From Patescibacteria group bacterium (GTDB taxonomy: Bacteria > Patescibacteriota > Patescibacteriia > UM-FILTER-42-10), in contig JBAYGW010000005.1 of NCBI GenBank assembly GCA_041666485.1, positions 3,654 through 67,653 of the forward strand: a stretch of 64,000 bases of DNA. Direction: 5' to 3'. Below are positions 38,506-48,504 of the stretch, piece after piece. Below the pieces are notes generated by a model, which searched no databases, was not told the origin of the DNA, and saw nothing but the letters and a program-made list of their open reading frames with translations. Within the stretch, counting starts at the first letter, position 1; every line of letters starts with the position of its first letter. The position numbers and the translations under genes are program-made.

Positions 38506-39426
38506 TTATTTTCCTAAGGTTAAGGCTAAAAGCGCTTCGCGTACCCAGAGGCCGTTGGAAGCTTGCTGAAAGTAATAAGCGTATGGAGTGTCATCCACTT
38601 CGTAATTAATTTCGTTCACTCTGGGCAGCGGATGCAAAATCCTAAAATTCTTCTTAACGTGTTTCAGCAGTTCGTTATTGATAATGTAAACATCTTTCAC
38701 TTTTTCATATTCCACCGCGTCCGCAAATCTTTCCTTCTGAATGCGGGTCGCATAAAAAATATCCATCTTTGACATTAATGACTCCGGGCGGGTGTGTTCG
38801 GAATACTTTACTTTATTCGCTTTAATTTCATTCAGTACATGTTTCGGCATTTTTAATTCTTCCGGTGAGATAAAGTACAGCCGGCAGTTAAACAGCGATA
38901 GAGCATACGCCAGAGAGTGTACGGTCCGGCCATATTTCAGATCCCCGACCATCGCCACATTCAGACCGTTCAGTTTTTTCTGCGTTTCCAGTATGGAAAA
39001 CAGGTCCAGAAAAGTCTGGGTCGGATGCTGATTGGCACCGTCACCGCCGTTTAAAATCGGGTTATTGGAAACATCCGCCGCCAGGCGCGCCGCTCCTTCC
39101 AGTGAATGCCGCATCACAATCACGTCGCAGTATTTTTCCACAATCCGGATGGAATCCGACAAAGACTCACCTTTTGCCGAAGAACTGGTTTTGGCATCCG
39201 CCAAAGTGATAACGGATCCGCCTAAACGTTGCATAGCCGATTCAAAAGAGAAACGGGTTCTGGTGGACGGCTCAAAAAAGAGGCTCGCCATAATCTTACC
39301 CTTAAGCAAATCCGGTTTTGGGGTATTTTTAAAATCCTTTGCTTTTTTTAGTACATGTAAAATCTCCTGCTTGGAAAAGTCCCTGATTGAGATAATGTCC
39401 CTGTTTTTGAAGTTGATATTGTTCAT
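38506..39426 (-). CDS. pyrB: Aspartate carbamoyltransferase catalytic subunit
   Basis: FFEPSTRTRFSF, KGESL, HPTQ, GDLKYGRTVHS, TRIQKER, HPLPR. Confidence 0.98.
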   Translation of the reverse strand: MNNINFKNRDIISIRDFSKQEILHVLKKAKDFKNTPKPDLLKGKIMASLFFEPSTRTRFSFESAMQRLGGSVITLADAKTSSSAKGESLSDSIRIVEKYCDVIVMRHSLEGAARLAADVSNNPILNGGDGANQHPTQTFLDLFSILETQKKLNGLNVAMVGDLKYGRTVHSLAYALSLFNCRLYFISPEELKMPKHVLNEIKANKVKYSEHTRPESLMSKMDIFYATRIQKERFADAVEYEKVKDVYIINNELLKHVKKNFRILHPLPRVNEINYEVDDTPYAYYFQQASNGLWVREALLALTLGK

Positions 39427-39442
39427 ATTTTGTCCTTAGGAT

Positions 39443-39559
39443 AAAAAAAATCCCTTTTCAGGGAATAAATCACCGTACAATATATTTTCGGAACAAATTG
39501 TCGGTAATGTTGTTAATCATTTCAATCGCTAGTGTAGCAGTTATCAAATCGCCTGTAAA
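39443..39559 (-). promoter_or_regulatory. pyrB promoter and leader with candidate attenuator
   Basis: TTTACA-17 nt-TACACT; 16-codon uORF at 39520-39470; TCCCT-GAAA-AGGGA-T8 hairpin before pyrB. Confidence 0.55.
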
Positions 39560-39595
39560 CCCCCTCATTATACCTAGTTTTCCACAGATACTTGC

Positions 39596-41086
39596 TTAAC
39601 CGATCATTTTTTTCAGCATTTCAGTGGCTACTTTCGGATTGACCTTACCCTTAGTTTCCTTCATCACCTGGCCGACCAAAAACTGCAGAACATTTTCATT
39701 CCCGGACTGATAATCCGCCACCGCCTGTTCATTTTCTTTCACAATTTTTTCCACGATTGATTCAATTTCCGATGAATCATTCATCTGTTTCAGATTCTTT
39801 TCCTGAACCACCTGTGAGGGATCGGAGCCTTTTTCAAACATAACCCTCAGCACTTGTTGTGCCGCACTGCTGTTAATTTCTTCCAAATATACCATCTTCA
39901 CAAGCTCTGCCATATTCTCCGGGCTGATTTTTATCTTTTCCGGTGCGGTCTGACTTTCTTTTAACAACATAAAAAGTTCGGTTGTAATCCAGTTCACTGT
40001 CATTTGCAACAATTTCTTTTCCGTTTTATCATCCAACGCTGATTTATCCTCCTGACTTGCAACCCAGGCACTCAGTTCAGTGATTGTATTTTCAAAAAAA
40101 TCGGCAATTGATTGGGAATAGGTTAAAGTAACCGCCTGAGAACAAGTTGTGCCAAGCTCCTGATGGAATCTTTTTCTTTTTTCATCCGGCAGTTCGGGCA
40201 GTTTCGCTTCTACACTACTGATGTACTCTTCAGTAAAATGGAGTGGCGCCAAGTCCGGTTCGGGGAAATAGCGGTAATCCTGTTGCTCTTCTTTACTGCG
40301 TTCTTCCTTGGTAATTCCCCGGTCATCCAGCCAGCGCATGGTTATCAGCTTGTCGGGCGGTGTTCCCGCCTCCCACAGTTTGGTTTGTCTTTCTATCTCA
40401 AAAGTGAGTGCACGTTCTACACCACGGAATGAATTCATATTTTTAATTTCCGTTTTGGTGTAAAACTTTCTGTCTCCTTCCGGCCGCAGGGAAATATTCG
40501 CATCACAACGCAGATTACCTTTTTCCATATCGGCATCGGAGATATCCAAGTATTCCAAAAGCAGTTTCAGGTCTGTCAGAAATATTCTGGCCTCCGCCGG
40601 CGTCCTGATATCCGGCTCCGTTACAATTTCAATCAGAGGCGAGCCCGCGCGGTTAAAATCCACCAGACTGTAATCCGCACCCTGCGGGTGCGTCAATTTT
40701 GCCGCGTCCTCTTCCATATGCAGGCGGGTAATCCCGATGCGTTTCCGTTCTTCGCCGATGGTGATAATCAAACGCCCGTCTTCACCGACCGGCTGGTCCA
40801 ACTGGGAAATCTGGTAGCCTTTCGGCAAATCGGGATAAAAATAGTTTTTCCGGTCAAATTTGGAATGCTCATTAATCTTGCAATGCAAAGCCAGCGCGGT
40901 GAGCAGCGCGTGATCTACCGCCTGTTGGTTGGTTACCGGCAGTACTCCGGGGTGCCCCATGCAGATCGGGCAAACATTAGTATTCGGCTTGACTTGATCA
41001 CTGTCATTGGAACATGCACAAAACATCTTGCTCTTGGTATTGAGCTGTACGTGTATTTCCAGACCGATAATTGTTTCCAGTTTCAT
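39596..41086 (-). CDS. gatB: Asp/Glu-tRNA amidotransferase subunit B
   Basis: IGLEIHVQL, FDRKNYFYPDLPKGYQISQ, DYRYFPEPDL. Confidence 0.98.
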   Translation of the reverse strand: MKLETIIGLEIHVQLNTKSKMFCACSNDSDQVKPNTNVCPICMGHPGVLPVTNQQAVDHALLTALALHCKINEHSKFDRKNYFYPDLPKGYQISQLDQPVGEDGRLIITIGEERKRIGITRLHMEEDAAKLTHPQGADYSLVDFNRAGSPLIEIVTEPDIRTPAEARIFLTDLKLLLEYLDISDADMEKGNLRCDANISLRPEGDRKFYTKTEIKNMNSFRGVERALTFEIERQTKLWEAGTPPDKLITMRWLDDRGITKEERSKEEQQDYRYFPEPDLAPLHFTEEYISSVEAKLPELPDEKRKRFHQELGTTCSQAVTLTYSQSIADFFENTITELSAWVASQEDKSALDDKTEKKLLQMTVNWITTELFMLLKESQTAPEKIKISPENMAELVKMVYLEEINSSAAQQVLRVMFEKGSDPSQVVQEKNLKQMNDSSEIESIVEKIVKENEQAVADYQSGNENVLQFLVGQVMKETKGKVNPKVATEMLKKMIG

Positions 41087-41098
41087 GGGGTAATTGTA

Positions 41099-41779
41099 TC
41101 ACGCCTTAATTATTGATGAAACAACCTCCCACACCTTCTCATGAATCACTTCGCGGGAAAGCAGTTCGTCATTTTCCACGCAATTCACAATATGAAAACC
41201 ATATTTTTCTGCTGCTTCCATGTATGTTTTTTCCGCGTTTTCCAGATGGTTCAGATCCTCTTCGTGGATATCATGCGTTTTGCCTTTCAAATATTCCCTG
41301 GCTTCTTTTTTTCCGACCAACCCCTGTGCGATTTTAGCCGGCACATACAAGATAATTGTTGCATCCGGACGCGGTATTCCGAGCTGGTTGTATTCCATAT
41401 TATCTAGCCAGGCAAAATATTTTTCTCGGTCTTTTACATCTTTAATTTTTCCTCCCTGATGTCCCATGTTAGAGGAAACATAACGGTTGGCAATCACAAT
41501 TTTTCCTTCATTCAGACTTCTGCGTAAATCCTTGCTGGCAGAATAGCGGTCCATCGCATAAAAAAGCGAGGCGGTATATGGATTTACTTCATCCGCTTTG
41601 CCAAACTCGCCGTTCAGATAGTCCTCCACCATTACAGCGGATCGTTTCCCGTATCTCGGGAAATCAGCGTACTCTTTGGCAAACCCTTCTTTCTCTAAAC
41701 GCGCCAACAATAAATCCGTCTGGGTCTTTTTTCCGGACCCGTCCGTCCCGTCTAAAACAATCAGCTTGCCTTTTAGCAT
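41099..41779 (-). CDS. tmk: Thymidylate kinase
   Basis: DGTDGSGKKTQ, FPRY, DRY, NRYVSSN, PRPD. Confidence 0.9.
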   Translation of the reverse strand: MLKGKLIVLDGTDGSGKKTQTDLLLARLEKEGFAKEYADFPRYGKRSAVMVEDYLNGEFGKADEVNPYTASLFYAMDRYSASKDLRRSLNEGKIVIANRYVSSNMGHQGGKIKDVKDREKYFAWLDNMEYNQLGIPRPDATIILYVPAKIAQGLVGKKEAREYLKGKTHDIHEEDLNHLENAEKTYMEAAEKYGFHIVNCVENDELLSREVIHEKVWEVVSSIIKA

Positions 41780-42264
41780 TATTTTTCCAGTTCTAAAAAT
41801 GTAAATTGAAGATTCTCGTGCCGGCCGTTCCCTTTGACCGTTACTTTTTCAAATGCAGAATAATCAGGAAAGAAAGTATCACCGTCAAAATCGCCTTTGA
41901 CAATTGTCAGATAAAGTTTGTCCGCTAAGGGAATCGCCTGTTTATATATTTCTCCGCCACCGATGATGAATATCTCATCCCCGCCCTCCTGCTTGGCTGC
42001 AAACTCAATCGCATTCTCTAAGGAAGATGATACAAATCCACCCTTTGTGGCTTTTAGATTGTGCGAGACAATGATATTCGTTCTGTTTGGTAAGGGCCGT
42101 CCGATCGATTCATGTGTTTTCCGACCCATAATTACCGGGTGACCGGTTGTGATCATTTTAAATCTTTGTAAATCTTCCGGTATATTCCATAATAACTTGC
42201 CATTTTTACCAATGGCGTGGTTTTCAGATAATGCGCAGATGATATTAATTTTTGATTTGATCAT
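41779..42264 (-). CDS. folA: Dihydrofolate reductase
   Basis: IGKNGKLLW.IPEDL, IMGRKT, RPLPNR, IIGGGEIY, GDTFFP. Confidence 0.97.
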   Translation of the reverse strand: MIKSKINIICALSENHAIGKNGKLLWNIPEDLQRFKMITTGHPVIMGRKTHESIGRPLPNRTNIIVSHNLKATKGGFVSSSLENAIEFAAKQEGGDEIFIIGGGEIYKQAIPLADKLYLTIVKGDFDGDTFFPDYSAFEKVTVKGNGRHENLQFTFLELEK

Positions 42265-42330
42265 GGTTTTTATATCAAGGCTCAGATTATTTTATTTTCC
42301 GTCATTCGAAACAAGCCCGGAATGACAGTT

Positions 42331-43230
42331 CTAAACCGCTATTTGGGCGACAATCCTCGGATGCGGATCGTAACCTTCTAAATTAAAATCCTCAAATTTA
42401 AATTTGAAAATATCCTTAACATCCGGATTTATTTTCATGACCGGCAATGTCTTGGGCTCCCGTGATAACTGCAGTTTAACCTGATCCATGTGATTATTAT
42501 AAATATGCACATCGCCAAATGTATGGATAAATTCACCCGGTTCAAGTCCCGTTACCTGTGCCATCATCATGGTTAATAGCGAATATGAAGCAATATTAAA
42601 AGGCACACCCAAGAATACATCGGCACTGCGCTGATAAAGCTGGCAGGATAATTTGCCGTTTACCACGTAAAACTGGAATACGGTATGACAGAGTGGTGGC
42701 GCGGATGTTTTACCTTTAATTAAAGACTGAATATCCGCCACATTCCACCCGCTGACCAGAATCCTTCTGGAATCCGGAGTGGTTTTAATCATATCCACTG
42801 CATTCTGGATCTGGTTGATCTTTGTTCCGTCCGGCGCTTCCCAACGGATCCACTGCTTGCCGTAAACCGGTCCCAGATCTCCCCATTTTTCCGCGAAACC
42901 ATTTTCCGATTTTATTTTCTCAACAAATTCATCCAGAGATTCATTCTGATATTCCGGACTGGCCTTATATGTTTCGTACGGCCATTCATTCCAGATCCGC
43001 ACGCCGTTATCAACAAGGTATTTAATATTTGTATCGCCGGTCAGAAACCAAAGCAGTTCGTGAATTATACCTTTCACAAACATTTTTTTGGTGGTGAGCA
43101 GGGGAAAACCGTCCTGCAGGTTTACGCGCATCTGATATCCGAAATAACTGCGCGTACCTGTACCGGTACGGTCAGATTTGTTTGTTCCTTTATCCAATAT
43201 CGTTTGTAATAAATCCTGATATTGTTTCAT
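42331..43230 (-). CDS. thyA: Thymidylate synthase
   Basis: [38 protein letters not shown]. Confidence 0.98.
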   Translation of the reverse strand: MKQYQDLLQTILDKGTNKSDRTGTGTRSYFGYQMRVNLQDGFPLLTTKKMFVKGIIHELLWFLTGDTNIKYLVDNGVRIWNEWPYETYKASPEYQNESLDEFVEKIKSENGFAEKWGDLGPVYGKQWIRWEAPDGTKINQIQNAVDMIKTTPDSRRILVSGWNVADIQSLIKGKTSAPPLCHTVFQFYVVNGKLSCQLYQRSADVFLGVPFNIASYSLLTMMMAQVTGLEPGEFIHTFGDVHIYNNHMDQVKLQLSREPKTLPVMKINPDVKDIFKFKFEDFNLEGYDPHPRIVAQIAV

Positions 43231-43775
43231 TTCTTCCTTCTATTAAATTTCATCATCATTTCAACATAAGAACTGCCGATAATAAGATCCTTTTCTGAAA
43301 CACCAATTTTTTTATAAAATTCCTTGATTGCAATCAGGGCTTTCTTTGACTCAGTATTCATCATTTCAACTTCCATATACTCCCCTAACCCTTTTACCTT
43401 GTCCAGAACTATATTCAGTCTACCATATTTATAGTCTTCCCTAACCTTGTCTACAACCACACACTTGATAAACCTTAATTCACTCAACATTTGCTGTACT
43501 AGCCTTACATCTGTTATCGGTAGCTCATACTCTGCCGCTTCATAAACACTGGATATTTTATGAACTTCTAGTGAACCTTTATTTGATCCACCGTCATATC
43601 GTATACGAAATTTTAGTCTGCTGTTTTTACCGTAATACTTTTCTCCCTTTGCCGGTGTATAGTAAATATCTACAATTCTTTTACTTCCTTTTCTTCTTGC
43701 ACCAATCTTTACCAGCTCTTTCCGTATTTTCAAAAGAGAAGCGATTCTTGCTTTAATTTCAACTTCTGTCTGCAT
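43227..43775 (-). CDS. CYTH domain protein (CyaB-like)
   Basis: [37 protein letters not shown]. Confidence 0.88.
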   Translation of the reverse strand: MQTEVEIKARIASLLKIRKELVKIGARRKGSKRIVDIYYTPAKGEKYYGKNSRLKFRIRYDGGSNKGSLEVHKISSVYEAAEYELPITDVRLVQQMLSELRFIKCVVVDKVREDYKYGRLNIVLDKVKGLGEYMEVEMMNTESKKALIAIKEFYKKIGVSEKDLIIGSSYVEMMMKFNRRKK

Positions 43776-43898
43776 TATATTATTGCTACTGCTAAATAGT
43801 ATTGATCATAAGGCATGCGAGCGTTCGACTGAAGCTCACGCCGACGGCTCACCACCTACTCCCTAATCCCTATTCCCTACACCCTAATCCCTAACAAA

Positions 43899-44321
43899 CT
43901 ACTTACCGGTACTACCGAACCCGCCTTCACCCCTGGGTGATTCAGAAAGCTCGTCCACTTCCTCAATTTCCGCTGTTTCAATTTTCTGAATCAGAAGCTG
44001 TGCTATTTTATCCCCCTTGCTGATAGTGAAATCCTCATCACCCGCATTGTATAAAACTACCCCGTACTCTCCACGATAAGTATATTCAATCACACCGCCA
44101 AAACTAGTGATACCGTATTTTGATGCCAATCCGCTTTTATCCCAAATCAGCGAAACATATCCTTCGGGCAATTCCAGGGCAAATCCGGTTTTAAAATGGT
44201 GTCTTGTTCCGGGTTTTAATATAACATCTTCCAGAGAAAAAATATCCATTCCGGCATCGCCGATATGCGCATATTTTGGGATCTGCAGATCCGGGTGCAG
44301 TCTTTTAATTTTTATCTTCAT
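43899..44321 (-). CDS. dut: dUTP diphosphatase
   Basis: AGMD, KSGLA, GVIEYTYRGE, IAQL, RGEGGFGSTG. Confidence 0.96.
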   Translation of the reverse strand: MKIKIKRLHPDLQIPKYAHIGDAGMDIFSLEDVILKPGTRHHFKTGFALELPEGYVSLIWDKSGLASKYGITSFGGVIEYTYRGEYGVVLYNAGDEDFTISKGDKIAQLLIQKIETAEIEEVDELSESPRGEGGFGSTGK

Positions 44322-44860
44322 TCCACTAATTTATCTAATTGCTTATAGAAATCTTCTATGGTTCCATTATTATCAATAATCACATCCGCTTTTTCAATCA
44401 TGTCCTGAATATGAACCTCCGCTTCCGCATCGCTGTCTTTTTGAAATTCTTCCCAGTTTTTTTCGGAATCACCAGGATTCTCATTTCTATTGATTAATCT
44501 TTCGTAGCGCGTTTTAGCATCAACCTGCAAACTGACCAGCTTAAATCCCGGGATCGCTTTCAGGTGTTCAATATCAGTCCAGCGCCTGACACCGTCAATT
44601 ACAATTATTTCGCAATCAGCTTTTTTCACGTCCTCCGCAATTGCTTTTGACAAAATATCCTGAGAAAAATTTTCCCTTAAAACCTGTGAAATATTCTGCA
44701 GATTTTCCCGGGTCTGTGGTAAGTAAACCCGATCCGCTACGTCACGCAGAATAGTTGAAAAACGGAAACTTTCGGCTCCGTATTTTTCGCTCAGATATTT
44801 GCAGGCGGTACCTTTCCCGCTTGCGATCAGTCCTGTAAATCCAAGAACTTTCTTGTTCAT
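44318..44860 (-). CDS. P-loop kinase (dephospho-CoA/NMP kinase-like)
   Basis: GLIASGKGT, IDGVR, RYER, ADVIIDNNG. Confidence 0.75.
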   Translation of the reverse strand: MNKKVLGFTGLIASGKGTACKYLSEKYGAESFRFSTILRDVADRVYLPQTRENLQNISQVLRENFSQDILSKAIAEDVKKADCEIIVIDGVRRWTDIEHLKAIPGFKLVSLQVDAKTRYERLINRNENPGDSEKNWEEFQKDSDAEAEVHIQDMIEKADVIIDNNGTIEDFYKQLDKLVE

Positions 44861-44871
44861 GAAATGAATAA

Positions 44872-45414
44872 TTATTTTTTTGTTTTCATTTCCACATCAC
44901 CCTCATCCGGTTTCATCACTTCTATATCACTTGAGAATATTTCCTGTAACTGCTTCTGCCATTCTTTATTTTCCTGATAAACTTCCACTTCAATCCCCGC
45001 TTCTTTCAGAAAATCCACAACTTTTGAATTGCGGTACACTTTTCCCATTACAACTTTCTTTATGCCGGCCGCAATGATGTATTTTGTACAATGGATACAG
45101 GGGCTATATTTCGTGTACATAGTTGACCCTTGAGTATTAGTCCCTGAAACCGTTGCAGCCTGAAGAATAGCATTGTGCTCGCCGTGGATAGTTCTGACAC
45201 AGTGCCCTTCTTCCATCAGATGACCCACTTCATCACAGTGCGGGAGACCTGGTGGCGAACCGTTATAGCCAGTGGAAATAATCCTACGGTCTTTAACCAA
45301 AACAGCGCCTGCGCGCAGACGATCGCAAGTACTGCGGGTTCCGATAATTTTTGCAATCGCCATGAAATAATCATCCCACGATGGGCGGACATGTTTATTG
45401 GTTTCTTTTTCCAT
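44872..45414 (-). CDS. dCMP deaminase (ComEB family)
   Basis: RPSWDDYFM, RSTC, TGYNG, HGEHNA, SPCIHC. Confidence 0.93.
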   Translation of the reverse strand: MEKETNKHVRPSWDDYFMAIAKIIGTRSTCDRLRAGAVLVKDRRIISTGYNGSPPGLPHCDEVGHLMEEGHCVRTIHGEHNAILQAATVSGTNTQGSTMYTKYSPCIHCTKYIIAAGIKKVVMGKVYRNSKVVDFLKEAGIEVEVYQENKEWQKQLQEIFSSDIEVMKPDEGDVEMKTKK

Positions 45415-45438
45415 ATTCTTCTCCCTAAAGTTTATGGT

Positions 45439-46122
45439 TTAGGCAACAACCTTCACACTTGGTCCCATAGAACTCGCTAGATGAACCTGCTTGATATAAG
45501 TTCCTTTAAGCGATTCTGGTTTTGCTTTTTTTATCGCATCCATCAATACCGCATAGTTCTCTTTCAATTTTTCGTCATCAAATGACACTTTCCCGATCAT
45601 CTGGTGAATATTGCCTGAATCATCAGAACGATACATAGCCTTACCCGACACTAATTCTGATATAGTTTTTTTCACATCCTTAGTGATAGTATCAGTTTTC
45701 GGGTTCGGCATTAATCCTTTTTGCCCCAGAATCTTGGCGATACTGCCCAGATTTTTCATGATCTGCGGCTCAGCGATGGCAATATCAAAATCACATTTCT
45801 TGGTGGATTTAATCTCTTTTATCACCGACTCGTCGCCGATAATATCCGCACCCGCCTCTTTCGCCTCTTTTTCCTTTTCCGGGGAAACAAATGCCGCGAT
45901 CCGGAGTTTTTTTCCTAAACCATGAGGAATCAAAAATGTACCTCTGATCATTTGATCCGCTTTCTTGGTATCAATACCCAGACTGATATGCACTTCCACC
46001 GAAGAATCAAACTTGGTGGTAGATGTTTCTCTGATAATTTTAATCGCTTCAGCTATCGGATATACCTTAGTTCTGTCGATTTTTTTGCTTGCTTCAATGT
46101 AACGCTTGCTTTTTTTGGTCAT
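45439..46122 (-). CDS. rplA: 50S ribosomal protein L1 (start reassigned to ATG at 46122)
   Basis: KFDSSVE, LGQKGLMPNPK, SSMGPSVK; GAAGGA SD before 46122. Confidence 0.97.
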   Translation of the reverse strand: MTKKSKRYIEASKKIDRTKVYPIAEAIKIIRETSTTKFDSSVEVHISLGIDTKKADQMIRGTFLIPHGLGKKLRIAAFVSPEKEKEAKEAGADIIGDESVIKEIKSTKKCDFDIAIAEPQIMKNLGSIAKILGQKGLMPNPKTDTITKDVKKTISELVSGKAMYRSDDSGNIHQMIGKVSFDDEKLKENYAVLMDAIKKAKPESLKGTYIKQVHLASSMGPSVKVVA

Positions 46123-46135
46123 TGTATTTTCCTTC

Positions 46136-46169
46136 GTGGTGCAAACCCCCGGTTTTACCAAGGTCCCAC
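46136..46169 (-). promoter_or_regulatory. Candidate L1-binding autoregulatory hairpin
   Basis: GUGG-GA-CCUUGG-UAAAA-CCGGGG-GUUUGCA-CCAC just upstream of the rplA SD. Confidence 0.5.
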
Positions 46170-46179
46170 AAGTTAATTA

Positions 46180-47076
46180 TTATTTATCTTCTAATTTTTT
46201 ATGAGTTTCCTGCTCCTTACGCACTGTTCGCCAATGGTACCAGAATAAAGGAATACCTAACAGAATAAACGGCAGATTGCGTGCGGCTTCGGTTTGAGTG
46301 TTATCAAATGAAGTTTGAGATAATGTCTGCCAGTTATCATAATCAACAATCCATCCTTCAGCCGTTGTTACAGTTGCTGCATCAAACTGACATTTTTCCG
46401 CACAATCAATAATGCTCTGTACAGAGTTTTTTTCCATTGACATAGCTGTTTGCTGACTGATGACTTTCTGATTCAATTTGTCAGCCTCAGATGCCGTGGG
46501 GAAAACCCAGGTTTTGAGGATAAGATTGATCATAATCCCGCCGGCAATTACAAACATCAACAATGCCCCCAGTGAAACCAGATAGTAATAGATCGGGCGG
46601 ATTACGGTAGAACCACCTTCTTTCTTAGCATCCTTCTGTACAGACCGGAAATGAATGATAAATATCGGTAATGCGATAATTAAGAAAGAGAGCGCTGCCA
46701 CTGCTGCCTGTGAATTTTGATAATTTGGATTATTACTTGTTTCCTGCCACGCTGCGTAACTTTCTTGCCAAGTGGTAATTAAAGTTTTGTTGTCGTCCGT
46801 AATCTGGCATTCCCCCGTGCAATCAATACTGGTTGTCGGTTCTCCGACTTTTTGATCTGCCACGTTAAAATACAAAGACGGTGGCGGACCGGCACGATAC
46901 GGATCATTATTTGCATCAGTTAAAACCCATGTTTTCAAACCCAGGTTGATTAACGCAATTAGGGAGCCAACAACCAAAGCCAGGGTAATGAAAGAAGCCA
47001 AATAAAAATAGATATGTCTTATAATATTCGCTTTTTTCTGCTTGCTTGGTTGCTGTTCTTCCATGGAATAATTCAT
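46180..47076 (-). CDS. DUF5671-like membrane protein with two internal repeats
   Basis: IRHIYFYLASFITL / IRPIYYYLVSLGAL and NLGLKTWV / NLILKTWV repeats; ends PLFWYHW. Confidence 0.75.
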   Translation of the reverse strand: MNYSMEEQQPSKQKKANIIRHIYFYLASFITLALVVGSLIALINLGLKTWVLTDANNDPYRAGPPPSLYFNVADQKVGEPTTSIDCTGECQITDDNKTLITTWQESYAAWQETSNNPNYQNSQAAVAALSFLIIALPIFIIHFRSVQKDAKKEGGSTVIRPIYYYLVSLGALLMFVIAGGIMINLILKTWVFPTASEADKLNQKVISQQTAMSMEKNSVQSIIDCAEKCQFDAATVTTAEGWIVDYDNWQTLSQTSFDNTQTEAARNLPFILLGIPLFWYHWRTVRKEQETHKKLEDK

Positions 47077-47086
47077 GAATAATTAA

Positions 47087-47509
47087 TTATTCAATAGTTA
47101 TGCCCATCTGGCGGGCAGTGCCTTCAATAATTTTCATCGCGCCCTCAATATCATTGGCGTTCAGATCTGGCATTTTCTTTTCCGCAATTTCCCTGATCTG
47201 AGCCTTGGTTACTTTGCCGACTTTGGTGATTAAAGGATTACCGGATCCTTTCTGGATTCCGGCCGCTTTTTTTAGAAGTTCTGCTGCCGGAGGAGTTTTG
47301 AGAATAAAAGAATAAGTCCGATCTTCATAAACGGTTATCTCAACAGGTGTTATATCACCGCCGAGATCCTTGGTCTCATTATTGAACTTGGTGCAAAATT
47401 CCTGGATATTCAAGCCGTGTTGACCTAAAGCCGGTCCGACTGGAGGCGCAGGATTTGCTTTGCCTGCCGGAATCTGTAATTTTATAACTGTCTTAATTTT
47501 CTTTGCCAT
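47087..47509 (-). CDS. rplK: 50S ribosomal protein L11
   Basis: [23 protein letters not shown]. Confidence 0.99.
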   Translation of the reverse strand: MAKKIKTVIKLQIPAGKANPAPPVGPALGQHGLNIQEFCTKFNNETKDLGGDITPVEITVYEDRTYSFILKTPPAAELLKKAAGIQKGSGNPLITKVGKVTKAQIREIAEKKMPDLNANDIEGAMKIIEGTARQMGITIE

Positions 47510-47611
47510 TTTTTTGATAGTTTAAGTTATGAGATTTACGCTTGAAGATTTAAGTTTCCGGCACATCTAGAAGCAATGTACCAACTATCAACCTTGATCT
47601 TACAAATATTT

Positions 47612-47944
47612 TTAAAGCTCTTTAACACTTATTAATTTGATTCTGTTTTCAAATCCACCTCTTTCTTCATGCTTGGTATCTTTTTTTCTTTTCACATCAT
47701 CCGGAGAAATCTGTTCTAAATCCTGTACAGCTTCAATCAATTCCAGCAAGTCGGCGAGTTCGTTGATAATTTCGTCTTTTCCATCAGCCGATAGCAGTTC
47801 TTTTGCTTCTTCAACAAACTTTTCTCTGAGCATTGTGCGATATTCATCCTCTTCCAACTGTTCATACTGACATTCATCCCCGGATGCTTCAATGACTTCC
47901 GGGATTCGGTCGCGCACCAGCTTGTTATATTCTACATCTTTCAC
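47612..47944 (-). CDS. MazG-like all-alpha NTP pyrophosphohydrolase
   Basis: YNKLVRDRIPEVI, EE..E, ELADLLE, RGGF. Confidence 0.88.
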   Translation of the reverse strand: MKDVEYNKLVRDRIPEVIEASGDECQYEQLEEDEYRTMLREKFVEEAKELLSADGKDEIINELADLLELIEAVQDLEQISPDDVKRKKDTKHEERGGFENRIKLISVKEL

Positions 47945-47955
47945 ATTAATATCTG

Positions 47956-48501
47956 TTAGAGTTTCTTAATCTGCAGTGAATCAAGCTCGGTAGGCGTTTC
48001 TCGGCCGAACATGGATACCAGTACTTTAACTTTGCCGCGGGCATCATCAACTTCCGAAACTTTTCCTTCCATTTCCTTGAAAGGACCGTCGGTAATCCGG
48101 ACGGGATCGCCAACCGCGACATCAATCTTGTATTTCGGCTCTTCAATCCCCATCCGCTTCTGCAGGTTCTTTACTTCATCCTCGGAAATAGGAGTCGGCG
48201 TTGTGCCGGTTCCCACAAATCCGGTTACATTCGGAGTGTTTCGCACGACATACCACGATTCATCAGTAACGATCATTTCCACCAGCACATATCCTGGAAA
48301 AATTTTTTCGGTTACAATTTTACGTTTTCCATTTTTTATCTTAATCTTTTTTTCGGTAGGAATTAAAACGTTGAAAATTTTATCCTCCATATCCATTGAT
48401 TCAATTCTCTGTCGAAGGTTTCGGGAGACATTTTCTTCATATCCCGAATAAGTATGTAGTACATACCAACGTTTTCCATGTTTTGCAGTTTGTTTTGGCA
48501 T
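47956..48501 (-). CDS. nusG: Transcription factor NusG
   Basis: WYVLHTYSGYE, FPGYVLVEM, KOW DGPF...MFGRETP. Confidence 0.99.
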   Translation of the reverse strand: MPKQTAKHGKRWYVLHTYSGYEENVSRNLRQRIESMDMEDKIFNVLIPTEKKIKIKNGKRKIVTEKIFPGYVLVEMIVTDESWYVVRNTPNVTGFVGTGTTPTPISEDEVKNLQKRMGIEEPKYKIDVAVGDPVRITDGPFKEMEGKVSEVDDARGKVKVLVSMFGRETPTELDSLQIKKL

Positions 48502-48504
48502 AGC

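Noticed and set aside
46123-46161. N-terminal extension of rplA from TTG at 46161
   Set aside because: It overlaps the leader hairpin; the SD supports ATG at 46122.
47510-47611. Structured leader upstream of rplK
   Set aside because: Only a weak hairpin, without a convincing L1-site pattern.
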